From Singulisphaera sp. GP187 (GTDB lineage Bacteria; Planctomycetota; Planctomycetia; Gemmatales; Gemmataceae): a DNA stretch of 64,000 bases. Below are positions 47,193-57,053 of this stretch, piece by piece. The position numbers and the translations under genes are program-made. The stretch spans positions 22,975-86,974 of the forward strand of contig CAMDQN010000004.1 of assembly GCA_945905925.1 (NCBI GenBank). The letters are read 5' to 3'. Positions within the stretch are counted from its first letter, which is position 1. Each line of letters starts with the position of its first letter. The notes under the pieces were generated by a model. That model was not told where the DNA came from. It saw only the letters and a list, made by a program, of their open reading frames with translations, and did no database searches.

Positions 47193-49652
47193 TCAATGCT
47201 GCAACAAGAACTCGCGCGTGTTGATGACCGCCCACACCAGATCACGCACCGCGTCCGGGCGGGTCGCGGCCTTCTTGAAGTGGCCGCTCACCTTCTTGCG
47301 CTCGGCTTCATTCGGCAAGCGCGAGAACGCGGCGAGCCATAACCATTCGGTCAGTTCGGCGTCGGTGAGTTTCGCGAACGCATCGGCGGAACTACTGACC
47401 CGACCGGCGACGAGTGGGCCGTTGAGCAGTTGCAGCGCCTGATCGACAGTCGGTTCGTCCACGCGTTCGCAGGCGCACGGGCTTTCGCGCTTCGGCTGGC
47501 CGAATGCCTTCAGGAACGCGGACTGCTCCGGCGTGAGCCGCTGGGTGGCGTAAGTGGCGCGATCCTTCAATCGCTTGACCGTGGCCTGTTTTGTCCTGTC
47601 GGCTGGCGCCGCGGCGAGTTCCTTCTCGGCCCTCGCGAGTTCCTCGGCCAGTTCGGACGCGGGCGCGAGGCTACCGGTAGCATAGCCGATCGCGTCTTGC
47701 ATCTGCTCCGCGGTCAGCCGCCGAATCGGGTAGTGCGAGAACAACGTGTCGTCGTCTTCGTTGAACTTATTCGTCGCGGTGGATCGCTGATAAGTGCGGC
47801 TGTTGCACATCAACCGGAGGACGTGCTTGCGGTCGAATCCGCTTTGCTCGAATTCGGTCGCGAGTGCATCCAAGAGTTCGGGGATCGCGGGCGGGTTCGA
47901 CGAGCGGAAGTCGTCCACCGGGTGAACGATGCCGCGACCAAAAAGGCCGAACCACATGCGGTTCACTTCGACGCGTGCGAAGAACGGGTTGCCCGGCTTC
48001 GTGAGCCACTTCGCGAAACTCACTCGCCTGTCTGCCTTCGGATCGGTAACGGCATCGCCAAATGGCGTGAGTGTTTTCCCACTGGTGGGGTGTGTCGTCT
48101 CGCCGGTCGCGGCGATGGAAACCATCGTGCCCTTCGGAGCCTTCCTCACTCGCGTGAACACCGCCGCGATGCGATAGTAGTCCTCCTGCGTCCAGTTCTC
48201 GAACGGGTGGTTGTGACACTTCGCGCAGTTCACGCGCGACCCCATGAACAACTGCGCCGTCGTCTCGGCGAGGTCTTCGAGGTTGGGGATCGCGAGGAAG
48301 TAGTTCGCGGCGGGCACCTTCGCGGCGTCGCCGGTTGCAGTGAGCAGTTCGGTTACCGCCTTATCGAAGGGGGCATTCTTGCGGTATCCGTCGATGAGCC
48401 AGTCCGCGAACAGTTCGGCACGTCCACCGGGTAGCGTCTTCGGGTTCACGCGCATCAGGTCCGCGGAGCGCAGTGCCCAGTAGCGAGCGAACTCCTCACT
48501 CGCGAGGAGTTCATCGATTATCTTCGCTCGCTTGTTGGCGGTGGTGTCAGTCAGGAAGGATTTGGCCTTGTCTGTGGGCGGAAGCAACCCGGTGAGGTCG
48601 AGATACACGCGGCGAAGAAAGGTCGCGTCGTCGCAGGTGTCGGACGGAAGCACGCGGAGTTGGTTGAGCTTCGCGTGAGTGTGCTTGTCGATGAAGTTCA
48701 CGTCCGCCGGGTTGTTCCAGACGAATCCTTCGACCTCTTCGGTCACCGTGAAGTGAACCGATTCGAGGTGATTCAAGTAGCGGACGCTGACCGCGCCCTG
48801 ACCGCGTTTGATGCCCGTCACGAGACCCTCGTCGGAAACGGCGAGCGATTCCTTGTTTGAAATCTCGTAGGTCGCGAGCGAGGTCACGTCGCGGGCGGTG
48901 CCGTCGGCGAACTTCGCGATCACGCTCAATTGCTGCGCCCAGTGTGGGGCACGCAGCACGCGGTTCGGTCCGGGGTACACCAAAAGTTGCACGCACGCGG
49001 GTTGTTTGTCGTCGTCGGTCTTCGCACCCGACGCAATCCAGTCGAGCAGCACGCGATAGCCGTTATCGCTCTTGTTGAGGCGCTTCCCGCCGACGTGGGC
49101 CACGCGCATCAGTGGCTTCTTCAGCATCAAACTGTCGGCCGGGTTGAACGCATCGACTCGCCGGTTCAGCCCGCCGCGAACGATGCTCTCCGCGTCGATG
49201 GCTGGATCGTAGCCGAACAATGAGAGGCGGAACCCGCCCTTCCCGTCCGGCGAGCCGTGACACGAACCGCTATTGCAACCCTGTTTGGTCAGCACCGCGA
49301 GCGTCTCGGTCCGAAATCGCATCGGGTCTGGGTCGCTTTGACCACTCACTTCGACCGGCACCTTGACCGCGTGCCCGCCCGCGACGATGGTGATCTCCGC
49401 TTTGCCATCCTTCTTGGGGAACGCCACTCCGGTTCGCACTTCGACCACAGGCGCGGACAGGGTGAAGGTCGCGTTGTGCGTGAGGTCGCGCGTTTCGCCG
49501 TGCGCGAAGTGCCCGGTGATAACGAACTGCGTGGTCGCGCGATTCGATCCGAGCGCCACCTTCGCGGGGTACACTTCGATACGCGACGGAGCATCCGCGG
49601 CTGTCGCGAAGGAAGGCAGTAAGAAAGCGAGAAGCAGCAGAACCAATCGCAT
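47193..49652 (-). CDS. DUF1549/DUF1553 protein with Ig-like domains, 819 aa
   Basis: Signal peptide; GCNSGSCHG; GGFRLSLFG; FLRRVYLDLTGLLP; VNCAKCHNHP; NPFFAR..VNR.W..LFGRGIV; RRLTAEQ. Confidence 0.92.
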   Translation of the reverse strand: MRLVLLLLAFLLPSFATAADAPSRIEVYPAKVALGSNRATTQFVITGHFAHGETRDLTHNATFTLSAPVVEVRTGVAFPKKDGKAEITIVAGGHAVKVPVEVSGQSDPDPMRFRTETLAVLTKQGCNSGSCHGSPDGKGGFRLSLFGYDPAIDAESIVRGGLNRRVDAFNPADSLMLKKPLMRVAHVGGKRLNKSDNGYRVLLDWIASGAKTDDDKQPACVQLLVYPGPNRVLRAPHWAQQLSVIAKFADGTARDVTSLATYEISNKESLAVSDEGLVTGIKRGQGAVSVRYLNHLESVHFTVTEEVEGFVWNNPADVNFIDKHTHAKLNQLRVLPSDTCDDATFLRRVYLDLTGLLPPTDKAKSFLTDTTANKRAKIIDELLASEEFARYWALRSADLMRVNPKTLPGGRAELFADWLIDGYRKNAPFDKAVTELLTATGDAAKVPAANYFLAIPNLEDLAETTAQLFMGSRVNCAKCHNHPFENWTQEDYYRIAAVFTRVRKAPKGTMVSIAATGETTHPTSGKTLTPFGDAVTDPKADRRVSFAKWLTKPGNPFFARVEVNRMWFGLFGRGIVHPVDDFRSSNPPAIPELLDALATEFEQSGFDRKHVLRLMCNSRTYQRSTATNKFNEDDDTLFSHYPIRRLTAEQMQDAIGYATGSLAPASELAEELARAEKELAAAPADRTKQATVKRLKDRATYATQRLTPEQSAFLKAFGQPKRESPCACERVDEPTVDQALQLLNGPLVAGRVSSSADAFAKLTDAELTEWLWLAAFSRLPNEAERKKVSGHFKKAATRPDAVRDLVWAVINTREFLLQH

Positions 49653-49686
49653 TACGAAAGCCCAAAGTGGGGTTCTAACGAGCCTC

Positions 49687-49811
49687 GCGAGCGGCGCGGC
49701 GTAAGCCCGCCGGTGCGATTCCAATAAGCCAACGCGAACAGAAGCGTTTTCGCTGGGTTGTCTCTTTTGCTCGCTGGTATCGCACCGGCGGGCTTACGCC
49801 GCGCCGCTCGC
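49687..49811. repeat. REP-like inverted doublet (GAGCGGCGCGGCGTAAGCCCGCCGG family)
   Basis: Perfect 33-bp arms at 49687-49719 and 49779-49811. Confidence 0.9.
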
Positions 49812-49820
49812 CGGCACCAA

Positions 49821-51209
49821 TCACATCAGTTCCGGGATCGCGTGCCCGTCCTTGCCGGGGTAGATCGGCCTCCCCGCAGGCGTGTGAATCGGCTTCGTCG
49901 TATCGATGCCGAGTTTCTCGTAGATCGTCGTCGCGTAGTCTTCCAGCGTGTACGCTTTCGGGCTGATGATATAGCCGCCTTCCTTGTCGGTCTCGCCGAC
50001 CAACTGACCGCCCGGCACACCGGCGCCCGCGAACGCCACACTGAACGCGTGCGTCCAGTGATCGCGGCCCTTGCGGTCGTTGATCCGCGGCGTGCGCCCG
50101 AACTCCGTCACGAAGCACACCAGCGTTTCTTCGAGCAGGCCGCGCTGGTGCATGTCGGCAATGAGCGCCGCGAACGCTTTGTCCGTGCTGCCCATCATCG
50201 GCCACGTCTGAATGCCCCACCGACCCGCCCCTGCGCCGCCGCCTTTGATCGCTGTGTCCTTCGGTGAATAGATGTGGTCGTGGTGGTCCCAGTTCATATT
50301 GCCACCACCCGGATATTCTCGCGCTGGCGGTTCGCGGCAGTCGATCGTTACGAACCGCACGCCAGATTCGATCAGTTTGCGCCCAAGCAGATAGCACTGC
50401 CCGCGATGACCAAGTCCGTACTCCTCGCGCGTCTTCTGCGGTTCGGCCTTCAGGTCAAACGCTTTTCGCGTCGCGGGGTTGGTGAGCATGTCTTCGGCCT
50501 GGTCGCGCATGCTCGTCAGCGTCTTCGCGTCCTTCGATTTGTCCGCGCCCGGAATGCCCACATCGAGGTTGCTGAGCAGGTCGGTACGGTCCTTGAAGCG
50601 ATCCTGGGTGATGCCCGCGAGCGCGAGATTGGGCACGGTCCACGTCGGTTCGTGCGGCTTCCCGCCAGTCTTGAACACACGATGTTGTGGCGGGAGGAAG
50701 CCGATTTTGGTATTGTATTCTTGTTCGCTTGTCCCCGGCACCATGATGTACGGCGGTAGATTGCGCGCGCCGCTTCCAATGCGGTGCGACACCACCGAAC
50801 CAATGTCCGGCATCTCTTCCGCGCCGCCGGGCGCTTCACCACTAAAGACGTATTGCGAGCCTTTCGGGTGACTGTTGCCGATACCCGGCTTCGGCTGTGT
50901 CATGCACCGTACCACAGTGATCTTGTCCGCGTGCGCCGCGGTCTTTGTGAGCAATTCCGTGAAGCGTATTCCGCGAACGACTGTGTCGATGGTCTTGAAC
51001 GGCGTGCGGTGTTCGGCGGGTGCGTCCGGCTTCGGATCGAATGTGTCCATGTGCGACACGCCGCCCTGCTCGAATACCACGAGAACAGATTTCGCGCGTG
51101 CCCGCTTTCCCGCCGCGAATGCAGGCCGAAAGTTCGGGAGCGAAAGCAAGCCACACGCGCCCAAACCCAGAAAACTACGGCGAGTGGTCAGCGAACCAGA
51201 ATGAAGCAT
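49821..51209 (-). CDS. DUF1501 family protein, Tat signal, 462 aa
   Basis: TTRRSFLG; AKSVL...GG.SHMDTFDPKP; GVRFV; WDHH; EFGRTPRIN...GRDHW. Confidence 0.93.
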   Translation of the reverse strand: MLHSGSLTTRRSFLGLGACGLLSLPNFRPAFAAGKRARAKSVLVVFEQGGVSHMDTFDPKPDAPAEHRTPFKTIDTVVRGIRFTELLTKTAAHADKITVVRCMTQPKPGIGNSHPKGSQYVFSGEAPGGAEEMPDIGSVVSHRIGSGARNLPPYIMVPGTSEQEYNTKIGFLPPQHRVFKTGGKPHEPTWTVPNLALAGITQDRFKDRTDLLSNLDVGIPGADKSKDAKTLTSMRDQAEDMLTNPATRKAFDLKAEPQKTREEYGLGHRGQCYLLGRKLIESGVRFVTIDCREPPAREYPGGGNMNWDHHDHIYSPKDTAIKGGGAGAGRWGIQTWPMMGSTDKAFAALIADMHQRGLLEETLVCFVTEFGRTPRINDRKGRDHWTHAFSVAFAGAGVPGGQLVGETDKEGGYIISPKAYTLEDYATTIYEKLGIDTTKPIHTPAGRPIYPGKDGHAIPELM

Positions 51210-51258
51210 TCGGACCCTCGGAAAGCGAATCGTGCGGTGGGAGAGGAGTCGTGCAACT

Positions 51259-51449
51259 GGCGGGTGGAATGATATTGTGACACCGCTCGCGCTCGAACGG
51301 AACTCGAAAGTGCCTTCCAAAAGTAGTAGGCACACTCCATGTGCCGTTGCAGAAACGATGGGCAAAGCGACGGCACATGGCGTGTGCCACTACGTTGGAA
51401 GACCGTTGCGCCCGGCGCGCTCTCCGCTCACAATATCATTCCACCCGCC
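51259..51449. promoter_or_regulatory. Perfect 22-bp inverted repeat (TCACAATATCATTCCACCCGCC) pointing into two divergent leaders
   Basis: Copies at 51259-51280 and 51428-51449. Each contains TATCAT, and both leaders end in GTCCGAA(C)ATGC. Confidence 0.6.
51315..51400. repeat. GTAG-type REP doublet (GGCACAC.CCATGTGCCGT family)
   Basis: GTAGTAGGCACACTCCATGTGCCGT and ACGGCACATGGCGTGTGCCACTAC in inverted orientation. Confidence 0.8.
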
Positions 51450-51479
51450 GAATCGCCCTCCCTCTCGGCTTGTCCGAAC

Positions 51480-51700
51480 ATGCCGCGCAGCACCCGACCG
51501 TTCGTCGCGCTCTTGGTCTTCGACTGAAGCGGTTCGCGAGGAAGGGCGTGAAGAACGGTCCCGCAATCGTGAAAGGCAAGCCAGACGAAACCTTGCTGTT
51601 CGAGCGCGTGAAGAACGGCGAGATGCGCCCGGCAAGAAGGAACGCACTGCAACCGAGATCGACGCGATCAAGCAATGGATTGCCAACCGCCGGGTCTTGA
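51480..51700 (+). pseudogene. Remnant of a PSCyt1 (planctomycete cytochrome c) domain gene
   Basis: ATG 51480 MPRSTRPFVALLVFD*; then KGVKNGPAIVKGKPDETLLFERVKNGEM, a frameshift, and GKKERTATEIDAIKQWIA. Compare the intact domain at 44755-46179 (VVPGKPEESELY...MPP...EIAAIKKWI). No CxxCH remains. Confidence 0.7.
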
Positions 51701-51758
51701 AACTACGAGCCAGGGAGCGGCTCGTTAGACAACGCGACATCACCAGCGGGTTCACGTC

Positions 51759-54173
51759 TCAATCCACGTAGATGAACTCGTTAGTACACAGGAGCACTTG
51801 CAGGAAGTTGACCCAGGAGGCGGTCTTGATGTACCCCAGGGCCAGTTCTTCCTCCCGGTCCGAGGGCGGGCGGCCGATCATCTTGCGGTAGACGCGGTTC
51901 AGCCGGGCCGTGTCGGACTTCAGAGCCGGGTCTTTCGCCAAAGTCGCGGCGAGGCCCTCGGCCGACTGCAACACTAACTTGTTGTTCATCATGAACAAAG
52001 CCTGCGGGGCCGTGGTGGTGTCGGCGCGATCGGGGACAATTCCCTTCGGGTCGGGGCCGTCGAACATGGTCCGCATGTCGTTCCCGCCTTTTCGCTCGAT
52101 CGGCTCGAACATCGTCCGCAACGGGCGGCCCGCCGGCGGGTTCGGCGAGAGTAACAGTTGATCGCTGACGAGCAGCAGGCTGTCGCGGAGCGACTCGTAC
52201 GTGAGCCGCTTGCGGTTCATGCGCCCCACCAGAAGGTTCGCCGGGTCCGCCTTCAACAACTCCGGGTCGCCAGAACTGGACTGTTGGTAGGCTTGCGTCA
52301 GCATGACCTCGCGAATTGTTTTCTTGATCGACCAGCCGTTCGCAACGAACCGCGTGGCGAGGTGGTCGAGCAGTTCGGGGTGCGTCGGCTTCTCGCCCAA
52401 CCGCCCGAAGTTGTCGGGCGTGCGAACCAGCCCCTCGCCAAACAGGTGCAGCCAGACGCGATTAGCCATCACCCGCGAGGTGAGCGGGTTGTCCTTCGAT
52501 GCGATCCATCGCGCCAGTTCGAGGCGACCGCTTCCCGTGGTGACGCGAGTCTGCTTCTCACCGGCGAGGATAACGGGGAAGCGGCGTGGGACGATGTCGC
52601 CTTCGCGACGGAAGTCTCCGCGGATTAGCACGGGGGCGTCGGCGATCTTCTCGCGGTTGCTGCCGGGCACGCCCCCTTCTTGCGTGACGATCGCCTGTGG
52701 CGGAACGACCTGCTGCTTCTGGAGTGCGGCGATGCGCCCGCGCAGTTCGGCGACGCGTGCCGTCGCCGCCGGATCAAGAGCGTCGGCCGCTTTCTTCTCC
52801 TCTTTCTTGAGCGCGGCGAGTTCGGTTTCGAGTTTGGCCTTTGTGGCGGCTACCTTCGTCGCCTTCACCTTCGCGTCGAGCGCCTCGACCTCGCGGGTCA
52901 ACTTATCGAGTCGGTCGGCCCCCGGAACGGCCAGCAGAGTGGCCGTTAGTTCCTTGATCTGCTCGTCTAACTTGCGGTTCCTGGCGTCGTCCGCTTTCGA
53001 CAGGAGTGGGACGGTGATGACCTCGCCCGAGAGCCGGCCGTCGGCAATCAGGTTGCCCGGACTGATCTTGCTCGAAAAGAAGATACCGGCCAGACCGTAA
53101 TAGTCCTCTGCGGAGACCGGGTCGAACTTGTGGTCGTGGCAGCGGGCGCAAGCAAGCGTCAGACCCAGGAGTTGCCGGCCCACGACGTCGATCTGACTGT
53201 CGACGATCTCGGCCACTGCCAAGTCGCGGCCCACCAACTCCCACACGGCGAGCGAGAGCATACCGGTCGCGACGACGCCGTCGAGCGAAGCCCCGCTGAC
53301 GTGAACCTTCGCCGGGTCGTTCGTGCCGGCGGGGAGTAGGTCGCCGGCCAGTTGCATCGTCAAGAACTGCTCGTAGGGCAGATCGTCGTTGAAACTGCGC
53401 ACGACCCACTCGCGGTAGCGACCGGACTTGTCCACATCGGTGGCGTAGCGCACGCCGTCGAGCCAGTGTCGACCCCAGTGGGCACCGAACTCCTTTGAAG
53501 CGAGCAGTCGGTCCACGACGCGGGCAAACGCGTCGGGGGAATTGTCGGCAAGGAACGCGTCGATCTGCTCGACGGTGGGCGGCAACCCGGTGAGATCGTA
53601 GGTCGCCCGACGGAGAATCGCGTACTTGTCGGCCGGCTTCGCGGGGGTGAGTTTCACGGCCTGGAGCCGGGCTTGCAGGAAGCGGTCGATGTCCGTGTCG
53701 GCCTTCGCGTCGGGAACGGGCGGCTTCTTCAGCGGTCGGAACGCCCAGTGGTCGCGGTCTTCGGGCGTGATGCGGAACGCCTCGCGGCGCGGCGTCGGCC
53801 CGGTAGCCGCGTCCTTGGGCAAAACTGCCCCACGCTCGATCCACGCGACGACGTCGTTGACGAGTGCGTCCTTCAACTTGCCGTCGGGCGGCATCGCCAG
53901 GTCTTCGTGACGGAGCGAGCTGACCAGCAGGCTCTGTTTCGGCTTGCCAGGGACGAACAGGGGGCCGGTGTCGCCGCCCTTGCGGATGCCGGCCACCGTG
54001 TCGAGGCGAAGCCCACCCTTCAGCTTCTTGGCCTGGTCGGAGTGGCACTTGTAGCAGTGCTCCACGAATACCGGCCGAATCTTCTTCTCGAAGAAGTCGG
54101 TGTCGTCCGCGCGGCCGGTGCCCGAACAGAGCACGACCAGTGCCGTCACAACGGCGAGATTCCGCAACCGCAT
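51759..54173 (-). CDS. PSCyt1 + DUF1549 + DUF1553 protein, 804 aa
   Basis: GGGAGG RBS; signal peptide; FFEKKIRPVFVEHCYKCH; HWAFRP; LRRATYDLTGLPP; TLACARCHDHKFDP; NPLTSRV.ANRVW.HLFG.GLV. Confidence 0.93.
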   Translation of the reverse strand: MRLRNLAVVTALVVLCSGTGRADDTDFFEKKIRPVFVEHCYKCHSDQAKKLKGGLRLDTVAGIRKGGDTGPLFVPGKPKQSLLVSSLRHEDLAMPPDGKLKDALVNDVVAWIERGAVLPKDAATGPTPRREAFRITPEDRDHWAFRPLKKPPVPDAKADTDIDRFLQARLQAVKLTPAKPADKYAILRRATYDLTGLPPTVEQIDAFLADNSPDAFARVVDRLLASKEFGAHWGRHWLDGVRYATDVDKSGRYREWVVRSFNDDLPYEQFLTMQLAGDLLPAGTNDPAKVHVSGASLDGVVATGMLSLAVWELVGRDLAVAEIVDSQIDVVGRQLLGLTLACARCHDHKFDPVSAEDYYGLAGIFFSSKISPGNLIADGRLSGEVITVPLLSKADDARNRKLDEQIKELTATLLAVPGADRLDKLTREVEALDAKVKATKVAATKAKLETELAALKKEEKKAADALDPAATARVAELRGRIAALQKQQVVPPQAIVTQEGGVPGSNREKIADAPVLIRGDFRREGDIVPRRFPVILAGEKQTRVTTGSGRLELARWIASKDNPLTSRVMANRVWLHLFGEGLVRTPDNFGRLGEKPTHPELLDHLATRFVANGWSIKKTIREVMLTQAYQQSSSGDPELLKADPANLLVGRMNRKRLTYESLRDSLLLVSDQLLLSPNPPAGRPLRTMFEPIERKGGNDMRTMFDGPDPKGIVPDRADTTTAPQALFMMNNKLVLQSAEGLAATLAKDPALKSDTARLNRVYRKMIGRPPSDREEELALGYIKTASWVNFLQVLLCTNEFIYVD

Positions 54174-54617
54174 CGTGTCCTCCCGACGATATTCGCGGCC
54201 ACCGACGCGGGTTGCGTTCGAGGAAGCCGAGGCCACTCCTTCATAATGTACCGGGATTCGGTACCCGACACGCGATTCGGTCGCGCGTTCTCGCCCGAGG
54301 TGTGCTATCGACCATTGCATACGGTCGCTGGCGTCAAGCCGGGCGTGCGGGTGGAATCCCAAGCTCCCACGTCGTCCTCCTTCCGTCAATCGAGAATCCA
54401 AACTTCGGTCGCCGTGCTGCGGAACAACGCGCCCAGAAACGCACACTGCTCGTTGTTGTGGCTGGACCCAGTGACAACGGTGGGGTAGCCTGGAGTCACC
54501 TTCCGCTGATCTCGCCGCGCTGCTCACTTGCTCCTCCGTCGGAGTCCCGCTGATGTCCCTCCCCGGTGAACTGGAACTGGACGCTCGCACCGCCCCGAAT
54601 CCCCGCGGTAACTTCCG

Positions 54618-57053
54618 ATGATTCGCGCCCGCATCCGCCAAGGTTTTCACTTGCCGCTAGCGGTGAGCTACTTGCTTTTGTCGGTGTGCGCACAGGCACT
54701 GGCCCAGTCGCCGAATCCAGTTCTGAACACGGTCTACCCGTCCGGTGGCCAGACGGGAACCGCCGTGACCGTGGTTCTTGAAGGCACCGGTCTGGACGGG
54801 CTTCGGGACATCCACACTGCCATCCCTGGATTGACCGCCAAGAAGCTCGACGCGAACCGCTTTCAACTCGACATTCCCGCAGGAACCCCGGTGGGCGTTT
54901 ACGACCTGCGTGCGGTCGGTACTCACGGCATGAGTTCCCCGCGAGCGTTCGTCGTGGGGAACCGGAAGGAAGCACCGGACGCGGAACCGAACGACGCACT
55001 GGATACCGCTCAAGAAGTTCCGCTGGATGTCGCGGTCAACGGACGGATCGAGAAGCCGGGTGACATCGACTGCTTCAAGTTCAAGGCGAAGGCCGGTCAG
55101 CGCGTCGTGCTGGACTGCTCGGCCGATCGCATCGACTCCAAACTACGCGCCGTGCTGGAAGTGTTCGACGCTGGCGGCAAGCGGTTGGCCGCCAACCGCG
55201 GGTACACCGGTATCGATCCGCTCGTCGATTTCCTGGTACCCGCCGACGGGACTTACTGTGTGAAGGTGTTCGACCTGAGCTACCTGGGCAGTTCTGCTCA
55301 CTTCTATCGGCTCGACATCGACACAAAGCCGCGTGTGGAGTTCGCCATTCCGTGCGTGGTACAACGCGGCAAGACGACGAAGGTCAAACTGTACGGCCGG
55401 AATCTGTCACCGCGAGAAGCGGCCAAGAACCTTGAACTCGATTCCGTGGAAGTCGCGATCACACCACCGGAGGTGGACCGGCACACACGCGTCCCGATCC
55501 GCTTGCGCCCCGCCCAGATGACAGTCGATGGCTTCGCATATCACTATCCGGGGAGCCACGCCCCGCTACTGATGGGTGTTACGGACGTTCCGGTCGCAGT
55601 TGCTTCGGACAACCGCGACGCGGACCGCGCCCAAGAACTCGCGATCCCGAGTGAGGTCTGCGGCCAGTTAACCGACGGGGACGAACGGCACTGGTATGCC
55701 GTGCGCGCCCGCCGCGGGGAAGTTCTCTGGCTGGAGACGTTCGGCACGCGAATCGGTTCCCCCATCGATCTCGATGTGAGAGTTCTCGACGCGGACGGAA
55801 AGAACGAGTTTCTGAAGCTCGCCGGAACTCTCGAAAACCTGGGCGGCGTTCGGTTCCCGACGGCGCACGCTGACCCCGTGGGGCGGTGGGTCTCGCCGGC
55901 CGACGGGCGTTATCTGATCCAGGTGCGAAACCTGACGGGTGGCTTGAACCACGACGCTCGCCGGCTCTATCGGTTCAGCATTAAACGCGAGGAGCCGGAT
56001 TTTCATCTGGCGGTCGTGGCGCGGCGAGTGGATCAACCGGCTGGCCTGAACCTCATGCTTGGCGGTCGAGAAGTGTTGGAGGTACTGGCGGTCCGACACC
56101 GTGGGATGTCCGGGCCGATCCGGGTCAACGCCGAGAACCTGCCGCCGGGCATTCAGTGTCCCGAAATCTGGATCGGGCCGGGTCAGGATCGCGGTGTGTT
56201 CGTGTTGAGCGCGGGCCGCGAGTGTCTCAGTTTTGCCGGCAGTCTGAACCTCGTTGGCGTCGCCGACGAGGGCGGTGCGAAGATCACCCGACCCGTGAAG
56301 GCCGGCGCGATGATCTGGCCGGGACAACCCGTTCCCTCAGGGCGGATCACGCAAGAGATTCCGCTGGCGACCACATCGGAAGCCAAGCTCCTTCTGACGG
56401 CCACCCCAACCAAAACGGTCGTCGATCAGGAGAGCATTCTGGACGTGGCGATCGATCTCGAACAGCGGTTCGAGGGTTCCACCGGTCCGATCCATCTCGC
56501 AGCGTTCGGGCTGCCGCGTTCGGCGGGAAACACCACCGCGACAATCCCCGCGGGCAATACCAAGGGCTGGATCAGTTTTGCCTTCCCCGCGTCGCTGCCG
56601 CCCGGCCCCTACACGTTCGCCGTGCAAGCGGAAACGACCATCTCCGTTGCCGGTGTCAAGGGCGCGAAGCCGACCCCGGTCGCAGTGACTTTGGTGAGCA
56701 ACCCGATCACCGTCACTGTCCGCCCCGCAAAAATCGTTCTGGAGATCGACCCTCGCACGCCAACGAAAATTGCTCGCGGAAAGACCATCCAACTCCGGTT
56801 CACCGCGGAACGGAAGCAGGGTTTCATCGGCAAGGTTCACACGGAGCTGGTGGCACCGGGTGGGGTCGTCGGCCTTCGCGGGCGCGGCGTGACGCTGGTC
56901 GGTCAGTCGGATTCGGGATCGCTGCAAGTGATCGCCACGGAAGACGCCCCGCTTGGGCGTCATCTGTTCCTCCGCCTGGATGCCGTGGGCACGGTCGAGG
57001 ATCAACCCCTGTATCGGGGAAGCCGCTTTGTCGAGTTGGAGATCACGGAATGA
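54618..57053 (+). CDS. Secreted PPC-domain protein, 811 aa
   Basis: Signal peptide; VYPSGGQ.GT; GMSSPRAF; EPND..AQ; GRIEKPGDIDCFKF; DP.VDF; PDFHL. Confidence 0.85.
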   Translation: MIRARIRQGFHLPLAVSYLLLSVCAQALAQSPNPVLNTVYPSGGQTGTAVTVVLEGTGLDGLRDIHTAIPGLTAKKLDANRFQLDIPAGTPVGVYDLRAVGTHGMSSPRAFVVGNRKEAPDAEPNDALDTAQEVPLDVAVNGRIEKPGDIDCFKFKAKAGQRVVLDCSADRIDSKLRAVLEVFDAGGKRLAANRGYTGIDPLVDFLVPADGTYCVKVFDLSYLGSSAHFYRLDIDTKPRVEFAIPCVVQRGKTTKVKLYGRNLSPREAAKNLELDSVEVAITPPEVDRHTRVPIRLRPAQMTVDGFAYHYPGSHAPLLMGVTDVPVAVASDNRDADRAQELAIPSEVCGQLTDGDERHWYAVRARRGEVLWLETFGTRIGSPIDLDVRVLDADGKNEFLKLAGTLENLGGVRFPTAHADPVGRWVSPADGRYLIQVRNLTGGLNHDARRLYRFSIKREEPDFHLAVVARRVDQPAGLNLMLGGREVLEVLAVRHRGMSGPIRVNAENLPPGIQCPEIWIGPGQDRGVFVLSAGRECLSFAGSLNLVGVADEGGAKITRPVKAGAMIWPGQPVPSGRITQEIPLATTSEAKLLLTATPTKTVVDQESILDVAIDLEQRFEGSTGPIHLAAFGLPRSAGNTTATIPAGNTKGWISFAFPASLPPGPYTFAVQAETTISVAGVKGAKPTPVAVTLVSNPITVTVRPAKIVLEIDPRTPTKIARGKTIQLRFTAERKQGFIGKVHTELVAPGGVVGLRGRGVTLVGQSDSGSLQVIATEDAPLGRHLFLRLDAVGTVEDQPLYRGSRFVELEITE

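Noticed and set aside
54305-54370. 21-codon ORF with AAGGAGG RBS upstream of the PSCyt1-DUF1553 gene (possible leader peptide)
   Set aside because: No regulatory codon run or attenuator hairpin was seen; it could be chance.
4512-57053. Calling the two PPC proteins serine proteases
   Set aside because: No subtilase D/H/S catalytic motifs were seen; PPC domains alone are non-catalytic.
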